Assembly (NCBI GenBank): GCA_964016885.1
Contig: OZ024742.1
Location: forward strand, 350,486,001 to 350,550,000
Reading direction: 5' to 3'
Origin: Eledone cirrhosa
Lineage: Eukaryota
DNA: 64,000 nucleotides
In this document: in pieces, positions 55,470-64,000 of the stretch
How positions within the stretch are numbered: the first letter of the stretch is position 1
How the letters are laid out: each line of letters begins with the position of its first letter
Position numbers and translations under genes: made by a program
The notes under the pieces: generated by a model
The model's input: the letters and a program-made list of their open reading frames with translations, nothing else
Told to the model about the DNA's origin: nothing
Databases searched by the model: none

Positions 55470-57261
55470 GTATGTATATGTGTGAGTGTGTGTATACTTA
55501 TGTGTGTTTTGTTGGATGGGTAGATTTGAGGGTTGTGTTATGAGTTATTTCCGTAAACAAAAGCGTTAATTATCTTGAGATCTGAAATGAAACGAGAAGG
55601 ATTTTGCTTTTCAAGTGAGCCTACATGTATTTCCTTACGCCTCATAATAAAGATAAATTTATAACAAATTCTTGTGAGACTATGTATTGTTCATAGAAGT
55701 TGTATAAATTATGTAAGTCTATACACGGCAAAAAATAACCTAAGCCGATTTGCTCTGACTTTTATATGATGAATACAAAATCGTGAAGTTCCCTTCATAC
55801 ATTGATGTTCCACTCAGCTGGAAAATATTTCGCTTGGAGAATTAAATATTGAATGGCTGTTCTATGGTGAGTTACAATCTAATTCCGACTGAGAAAAGAA
55901 GCCTCTATTCTTAGACAAAATCTAAAGACATTCTATGATTTTATTGTCTTCATACAATAGGACTGCATAGGTTGTTAATATTGTTCATCACAATTTTTTG
56001 CAATGATATTCCGATATTTATCCAGCATCTTTTCAACTTTGCCTGACAAAACGGACAGAAATAGCTTCTACGAGTAACGAAACATATTAAATTTTCTTCC
56101 TTTTATCATGATGAGAAAAATTCCCCATTATGTCCAAGTTAGAAGAAATTAATTGTAAAATTTTCAAAAGAACATGTATGTATGCGTTTTTAGTTGCTAA
56201 TGAACAAAAGTATGAATGGCAATAAGAGCCGTAGCAAAGAGATATAATCTAGTTGCAATGGGTCTACTACACGGATTTCATTCACTTTACCCAACTCATG
56301 TCATCATTAACAATCTAGTGAAACGCGTGTGAAAAAATTCAATTTCATTTTCACTCTAAATCTAAAATCATATGAATTTATTAAAGAAAAGGAAATATAA
56401 GTATGTGTGGCAATAGTCTTCGTCTTAATGGACATCATCCACTAGAACAAATCTACAATTGGATTTCGATTCCGTCTTGTAGAATTGTAATAATATCAAC
56501 GTCAGTTATGAACAGGAAACAAACGTGGAACTTAAAAAAAAGCTGTCAAATTTTATCCTAAAAAAACATAGCAATGCCTGTTATGAAGCTAATAATAGAG
56601 GTCCTTGTATGCCCTCAAGAGAACCTGTGTGCATGAATCCATTACTAGTAATAACAATATACCCTCTAGACCACATACGTTAATCTTATAAGAAAGGAAA
56701 TATATTTGTGAAAGTTACACTATACTTGAGCACAAAATATTGCATGGTGAGGGTGGCACTCCTTGACATTCTTCTAAACCTCACCCTAACCTTTATTATC
56801 CGAGACAAAATGATCTTTTCCTAAAAATACTTAACCACAAATGTCGGCAGCCCTGCTGCATTTATTTTAAACTCATCATTTAAAGAAACGAAGGAAGATA
56901 TTAGAGAATGGGGCCGAAGGTACTTTATGTTGAAATTAAAGTTAGAACGGTCACGGCTAGTACGTCTGTAATCAAAAGATTCTGGGGCCAAAGTTAACCA
57001 GAGACTATAAAGCACAGAATCAATGATTTACTCACAGGAACATGGATATTAAAGTCACATAGAAATGTAGGCAGGTTGTAATATTTAGAAAGGTTTACAA
57101 ATGGTTCCGAATATGAGTTATCAAATCGTTTCTTCTACCTCAACATCTCTAGAGGTTTTTCTCAGTAAGGCCTGTATATATATATATACGGTAAATATTG
57201 ATACAATTCATTTCAAGCACTCTACGTACTTTTTCCACATAAGAATGACGGGAGAATATAT

Positions 57262-57642
57262 AGAATAAGAAAATTCGAAGTAGTTTCAGATGTTAAAGTC
57301 CTTTATTGATAAGGTGGTGACACATATTTCAATTAACGACAGTGGCCACGCGATTCCACCTAACCAGTGCCATGATCACATCAGACAACTTCTTACATAA
57401 TAAGGTTACGTTCTTAAGGCAATCCAAATTAAAAAAGACAAGGGAACCGACAAAGATGTTGTTCTTGAAACCTTCGCCCGTTTTAATTTGGATTGCCTTG
57501 AGAACGCAACCTTATTATGTAGGAAGCTGTCTGATGAGATCATGACAATGGTTAGGCGGAATACGTGACCACTTTCGTCATTGAAGTATGTATCACAGCC
57601 TTATGAATGAAGGACTTTCACAACTTCGCATTTTCTTATTCT
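57262..57642. repeat. MITE-like fold-back, ~170-bp diverged inverted arms
   Basis: 57262-57434 is complementary to 57481-57642 (e.g. ACATAATAAGGTT/AACCTTATTATGT, AAGGCAATCCAAATTAAAA/TTTTAATTTGGATTGCCTT). Confidence 0.85.
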
Positions 57643-57972
57643 CTCTCTTTATATATATTTCTTCGGTCCACAAAAGAAGAAAGACAACTCATCTATATAG
57701 AAGATCATTGTGATGTGTAACTGAGGAGGCGAGTTGTATATCTGCAATGTTAACTTCAATTACATAAGAAGTATAATTAGAAAGTGATAGGTAGAGAAGT
57801 TTTACCAGCTCAACAAATATTTAACGAGTATCTTATAGGTAGATTCTCCGACTCCAACATAAAGTAGATGTTTTAGTTTCAACACTCTTCCTGTCAAACA
57901 ACTACTTCACACACATAGAGGGAGGAGAGAGACACAGAGAGAGAGAGAGATACAGACACACACGCACACATG

Positions 57973-58038
<66 letters not shown>

Positions 58039-59542
58039 AATAAATAATACTTACAACCGTTCTTTTTAATATCTGTAAAAGATAAAATGATAAAATTACT
58101 TCTTAGAATTGTGTCAATTTACAACAGCTGCAAAACAAATGAGTTTCACTAATAAAAAAATGTATATTATTTAATTCACAAGAGAATGTAGGTAAAATGT
58201 GACAGAATATTGATGATAAACATTTCATAAATTCGGTTGTAGTTGTAAAAATAGAGAGAAATGTTAGTTGAAAACCAAAGAAGTTTTGTGAAATAATTGG
58301 GATAATCACCAATGGTTCAGTTGATGTTTGCGCACATTTTTAAATGTCATATTTATCTTTTGATATTAATGGAATATATGTATTCTTTGGTTCGTAAATA
58401 TATCGACAGTTTCACGTCAGTTCACATCTACCGATATAAGAAGTGGCTATTTAAATGACTAAAGCAGTCATAGAAAACCGTAGCCCGTTTGGATTTCTGA
58501 ATGGCACGACGAATTTCAGAATTGCCTTGAATCGTTTAGCAGTATGGCCCACCTTATGATGAGACACTCCCTATGTGGCCCACTACTCGTCAAATGTTGC
58601 CAATGCCTGGACTAAAGTATATTTAAGTTCTTCAAAGTCAAGCTCAGCTGGGTTGAATATTGTGGCAATTCATAGTTCACTATTAATAAAGAAATTACCT
58701 CAGTATAAGAATGAACGGATATTAGCAATTTCTGTTTCACCTTTTAATGTAAGGTTGGTGACTACTACCCAAATGTATAGTATTTCGCTACAGGAGTCAT
58801 TAACATTCAATGAGTTCCGGGTATACACTAAATATAACAGGTATTTACACACATACGGGTTATTTATGAAATATATTGTGTCTATAATACCAGGTATTTG
58901 TATAAAAAAAACATTAAAATTCAATTTAGAAAACTTCTTAATATTGTGGGTCAAATCCTAGCTTGCACACGAAATGCGGTTATCAATATAATTACAAGAA
59001 TCATTAAACATTGGATATACAGATAGGAGCTTGTAATGTCAGTGAATCCTGTCAGAATCGGTTCAAGAAGGCGTATTCACAGATTCTTAGTATAATGAAA
59101 TTGGGTTAATTCGCGGATTGATGGACTAATCGTTGGACTAATCTCATATAGTAATTAATAGAGAGATAGTCACGAAATTGACCAATAAGAAAATACCGTT
59201 AATTTATGGAGTATAAACGTTCAAACAACTAGAAAGATAGTGTCACTAATTTATTTAATAAAACATACCATTAGCTACTGTCTTGAAATTACGCAACGTG
59301 TGTGACATATTCGTGTTGCATATCTTATAGAAGCTAATCAACCCTAATTAAGCCTTCATCATTTATTGAATTCAGTACTATGATCAAAATTATTCCTCAT
59401 CAAAATACCGAAGACTTCATTATTTAATGTGATTAACTTTAGTCCTCATTGCTATTTATGTCTACGATACTACTACTGCTGTTTCCATAGATTATTTGCA
59501 AACCAAGCCATAAGTATGATCCATTAAATGGTCATCCCAACA

Positions 59543-59655
59543 AATAATTGTTTCTACTTTTGGCACAAGGCCAGCAATTACCCAGTGTATTACTGGTACT
59601 TTATTTTATCGACCCCGTAAGGATGAAAGGCAAAGTTAACCTCGGCGGGATTTGG
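59543..59655 (-). mobile_element. SINE, 5'-truncated
   Basis: Near-consensus 3' half. Confidence 0.88.
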
Positions 59656-59701
59656 ATCGCGGTGTGGATCGCAGAATGATTTACATTAGATATTCTGAAT
59701 A

Positions 59702-59898
59702 TATGAGGGTCGGCTGAAAAGATCATAGGATGTCTATGAAGGAAGGATGCTAGGACTGTGAAATATTGTATCCATTAATTTCGAGTCTTTTTTCTTAATA
59801 ACTGCATTGTTTTTTCCTAGGGACTATATTGAAAAATAAACTTCATTTGGTCATTCCCTGAGAATATCTTGGTCGGCCTGACAACCTTTCAGCCAACA
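59702..59898. mobile_element. Possible Tc1/mariner-derived MITE
   Basis: TATGAGGGTCGGCTGAAAAG..CATAGG and CCTGACAACCTTTCAGCCAAC form imperfect terminal inverted repeats. Confidence 0.5.
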
Positions 59899-60074
59899 GA
59901 TCGGAGATAGTAAATAGAAGATAGATATGTGTGTATATCTATCTATATATTTTATTGACTTTGATAGATATTGGACAGTATTGACTCAGACCATGTCTAA
60001 CTATAAGCACAACTTGGCAAATATATATGTGTGTATATATATGCATATACACACATATATATATATACATACAT

Positions 60075-60171
<97 letters not shown>

Positions 60172-60280
60172 GATATATACATACACACACACACATATAT
60201 ATATATACACACACACACACAGAGATATATACATACACACAAATATATATATACACACAGGGATATATACATACACACAA

Positions 60281-60349
<69 letters not shown>

Positions 60350-60404
60350 GAAATATATACATACACACAAATATATATATACAGACAGCGATATATACAT
60401 ACAC

Positions 60405-60440
<36 letters not shown>

Positions 60441-60466
60441 TTATATATACCTATATAAATACGCAA

Positions 60467-60538
<72 letters not shown>

Positions 60539-60554
60539 ACATATACATATATAT

Positions 60555-61000
60555 GAGAGTATTGAAGTTTGCCTGAAGCATCGTGCAATAATAAAAAAAC
60601 ATTTTTCCGTTTTGGAAGTCTCAACAATGCAGGTGGGTAAATCTCCGGGTAACAGAATCTGGTGGTGAAGAGAGAGATGTAAGGGAATGTAGAATGAGAT
60701 GTATAGTGTGTAGAGGAACGTAGGAAAGAGGGTAAACAACTTAAAATAAAACACGAGATAGAGTTACCTTGGGAGAGATTTAATTGTCCCTATATTTCGG
60801 ATTTCGCATCCATCAACTGGGGTTTATCCAAGGGGGAAAGGAAACTGTCGGAGAGGAACGGTACGTGGCCTCTGTTGCCCGCCGTTTGTGTGTAACTGAG
60901 ATATTATGTAGAGCGTACGTGCGCGCGGTATAGGTGCGGTCAAGCAAAGGTCGAGGCAGCTCCTCTTTATTGTGGGAGTGGGACGGTGCTAGCTGTCAAT
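60555..61000 (-). repeat. Second copy of the 38450-38932 pLTR-like repeat
   Basis: Reverse complement of the shared blocks; abuts (TA)n at the same end. Confidence 0.85.
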
Positions 61001-61107
61001 CCATTGTACTATTCAGTCTTTGTTACTGGCAGTGTAGTAGTCTGTGTGGTCGCTTGTTGGTCGGTAGATGGTGGGGGCGCTATACACACAATAACACATA
61101 TATATAT

Positions 61108-61242
61108 ATATAACGAAGGAATTGTGGTAAGGAACCAAATGGACCATAACACACCCGATTACTCAGTACTTAGGGTAATAGAGTGGGAAATAGGAATAAT
61201 TATGACCCCGACGGCAGAGCTCAAGCCGTCGAAACGACTTTT

Positions 61243-61247
<5 letters not shown>
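61108..61247 (-). mobile_element. (TA)n-inserted hairpin element, hairpin collapsed by deletion
   Basis: TATAACGAAGGAATTGTGG...GAGCTCAAGCCGTCGAAACGACTTTTCCCTATA. Confidence 0.8.
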
Positions 61248-61312
<65 letters not shown>

Positions 61313-61322
<10 letters not shown>

Positions 61323-61825
61323 ATAAGAAACACAGTAAACCGTGTGTCTAAAACTACAAGGGTTGAAAAACCACATTTGTTTGAAATATTTAACCAAGAA
61401 GCAGACAGAATGATAAAATAAAAATATATTTTTATACAAACCGCCTCAATAACCAGTATATCTCTCGGACAGATTATCCCTAATCTGTTTCGCCCTGAGT
61501 GTGTTTCTAACAGATAATCCTGGGCTTCATCAGCGAGAGAATCTGATTAAATGCAACAAACACTATTTGCCAACGTTCACACAGAAAGATGAATTTGTCA
61601 CCTCGTGCTCCGCTAGCCAAACGTGGTAAGCGTGTATTGAACAGAAACAACAGTCCAACACACGCAACTTAATAAGCTCAACTTGTGAGGGAGCAGAAAT
61701 ATATATGAATATATTTTTATTTTATCATTCTGTCTGCTTCTTGATTAAATATTTCAAACAAATGTGGTTTTTCAACCCTTGTAATTTTAGACACACGGTT
61801 TACTGTTTTTCTTACTATATATTAT
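61313..61825. repeat. ~125-bp inverted repeats flanking a ~265-bp HHR-containing spacer
   Basis: 61313-61437 is complementary to 61702-61825. Confidence 0.9.
61461..61540 (-). ncRNA. Canonical type I hammerhead ribozyme with stable helix III
   Basis: Minus strand: TCTCTCG CTGATGA A GCCC...GGGC GAAA CAGATTA-GGGA-TAATCTG TC CGAGAGA; all core nucleotides intact, GUC site. Confidence 0.92.
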
Positions 61826-61959
61826 TAATCGGCTCAGTATTTTTATACTTGGAGCTTAATAGTTACAGGGTTCCAATTGAGTTTTAACTCTAATCTTCAT
61901 ATATATATATATATATATATATAGAAGGATTTAAATGGATACAGTTCAGTAAAAGGAAT

Positions 61960-62080
61960 TTATTGACACGTGTTTCAATAACAGTTATATAACCTGAAAA
62001 CAGCTGCTATCTACAAAGTATTAATTATGCAGACACGCAATATTTCAATGTTATTTTCAACTACCATTTCATCAGAATAA
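61960..62080 (-). ncRNA. Type I hammerhead with long rod-like helix II, in the 3' region of the second PLE
   Basis: Minus strand: TTATT CTGATGA AATGGTAGTTG...TAACTGTTATT GAAA CACGTG TC AATAA. Confidence 0.82.
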
Positions 62081-62528
62081 TATCATTGAGAACTTGTTTG
62101 GTTTTTATAGAGAATATTAAGAGGGAGGAGTGAAGTTGTTAGAAGAATAGTTAAGGGAGTGGATAGAAATTTTTGATAGCAGTGGGTAATTAGATTCCCA
62201 TCTGTTGTTTTGTTAGTTGAGTTTGACATTTTTATAGAATATTCATTATTTGGCGTTGGTTGTATTGGTTATTTTTCTAAATCTATAGAAGGATTAGAGA
62301 TAGTAAAGATATGCTTGGTTGGTTTTGTGTTTGCACTTAATTCACATTCAGACTTGAATTTTTCTTTCAAGTGTACGTATCCGTTCGCCCACACATAAAT
62401 ATATGTGTATATATACGTATTTAAAAAAAAAACATACACATTCACACACATACATATATGTACACCTCTACAAATACATACACTCACATACACATACTTA
62501 CATGTTCATACCTACATACATATATACC

Positions 62529-62588
<60 letters not shown>

Positions 62589-63028
62589 CATACGTACATA
62601 CATACGCATTCATGTATACACACTTTCATACACTACTTATCTTCATATACACACATATAGACACACACATATAGACACACACATATATACATACATACTC
62701 TTGTTCATGTGTATATATATATATATATAAATACACATATACATGAATACACATACATTTAATTATACACATCAAACATATATATATATATATATACACA
62801 CTCACCCACTTATTTACTTATTTATATACATTTTCACATATATACATACATGTCGCTTTTAGACACTTTCATTATAGCATATTCGCACCTATACTCACCA
62901 GCATATTTATCCATTATTAGTGTGATAATTTAAGGTTATTAATAGTACATATATATGTTGAGAAGAGATTGTTTTTATATTTTTCTAACTAGATTGAGGA
63001 TTTGTATAGTTGGGAGGATGTCCTTCGT

Positions 63029-64000
63029 TTATGTAATATTCAGCTTGTAGTGGGAAAAAAGGGTTTTAGTTCGGTGACGGCAGAATAATGTTCGTTCAAT
63101 TCTGTTATTAAGCAATTTCTTCTTGTGTGTGATTATGTAATAAATCTCAAGATTACATAATTTGCAGAAATTTTGGATCCTGGAAAAGCTTTGGGTTTTA
63201 GCTAATTTCTCCCATTTTAGGGTAAATTTTTGATCGCTATCCCTGAGCGTCCAAGCTTTTTCTGCTAAAGTTGTTACATTTCTTTGGCTCTCGTGTTTTA
63301 TTGAGTAAGAATGCCTATATAATCGAGATTTAAACGATGTTGCCGTTGATCCCACGTAATACCACTCGTTGCCTCCGGATTCAATGGTACACTTATAGAT
63401 GATATTTTTTTCCAGGCAGTTATTGCCGAGGGGGCAATTGTCAGGATAGGTGCAGTTACAGTTGTGTACGTTGGTTTTGTAGTTAGGTTCACTCTGGAGT
63501 AGTATTGCGGACGAACTTAGGTGTGGTTTATTTATGTTCTGTAGTGTATTGTCTACTGTTTTTTCTGTGCTCTTTGTACTTAAGTTTTTAGTGTTTTCGG
63601 TTAACCTTCTAGTATTAATCTTGTTTATGTGTTGTTCAAGGTTTAACGCTGTAGAGTATGACAGTCTTATAGTGGTAGGGTTTAGGATTTTGTGGTATTT
63701 GTGTGATGTAGGGAAATGTTTCATAATTATTTTAAAGAAGAGTACTGGTAAATTTGTACTAATGGAACTATTGTATTCAGGGTTATACCATAAGTACTCT
63801 TTGCATCGCTTTCTATTAGTTTTGTTTGTTGGTTAATTGGTGTGTACACTATGGTAGTAAGTGTGGTTTGGTGTTGTGTTATTATTTCTACCTATGTGGG
63901 ATTTATTTTGGGTGTTTTTATTGTTTTCATCTATATATTCTATTTTGTCGAGGTAGCCTGCTATACTAAGGGCGTTATCGTAGTACTCGGCGTGTTTCTT
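63029..64000 (-). mobile_element. Penelope-like element C-terminal region with GIY-YIG endonuclease (Naiad-like), continues past the window
   Basis: HKYHKILN...LSYS, CNC....CPLGNNC, IIYKC...YVGST..FKSRLYRH, CKLCNLE, LLN.R.E....CRH. Confidence 0.88.

Noticed and set aside
57525-57575. Hammerhead at CTGATGA in the fold-back arm
   Set aside because: No properly placed GAAA, helix III or helix I; the other arm reads CTGATGT
59927-60754. Long YI/HT/CV-repeat ORFs (also near 25.6, 36, 41.7, 48, 51-52 and 62.5 kb)
   Set aside because: Stop-free dinucleotide microsatellites, not genes

Overview
AT-rich eukaryotic (metazoan) DNA dominated by (TA)n/(CA)n/(GA)n microsatellites and retroelements. The tRNA-derived SINE set and repeat style point to an octopus/cephalopod genome (inference, not database-checked). 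Only one convincing host exon is visible: a 297-bp, phase 1-1 immunoglobulin-domain exon on the minus strand (19041-19337; Dpr/ZIG-8-like). Other content: a 31-bp satellite (1-1756), about 20 SINE copies or fragments, RTE-LINE 3' fragments, a decayed L1/Tx1-type ORF2 interrupted by a solo LTR, and two Penelope-like elements (PLEs) with GIY-YIG endonuclease. The most striking signal, which the ORF track cannot show, is a dense set of type I hammerhead ribozyme (HHR) motifs found by manual base-pairing. About 7 are intact or near-intact and about 10 are decayed, from several unrelated families. Two lie in the 3' regions of the PLEs. Others sit in small non-coding fold-back or tandem units next to (TA)n, including a canonical full-helix-III HHR at 61461-61540 and a 298-bp tandem pair with complementary core lesions. 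There is also a 7-copy (TA)n-inserted hairpin element that keeps only an HHR 3' half. All folds were deduced by eye; none has been computed or tested. Almost all short ORFs in the supplied track are microsatellite artefacts.
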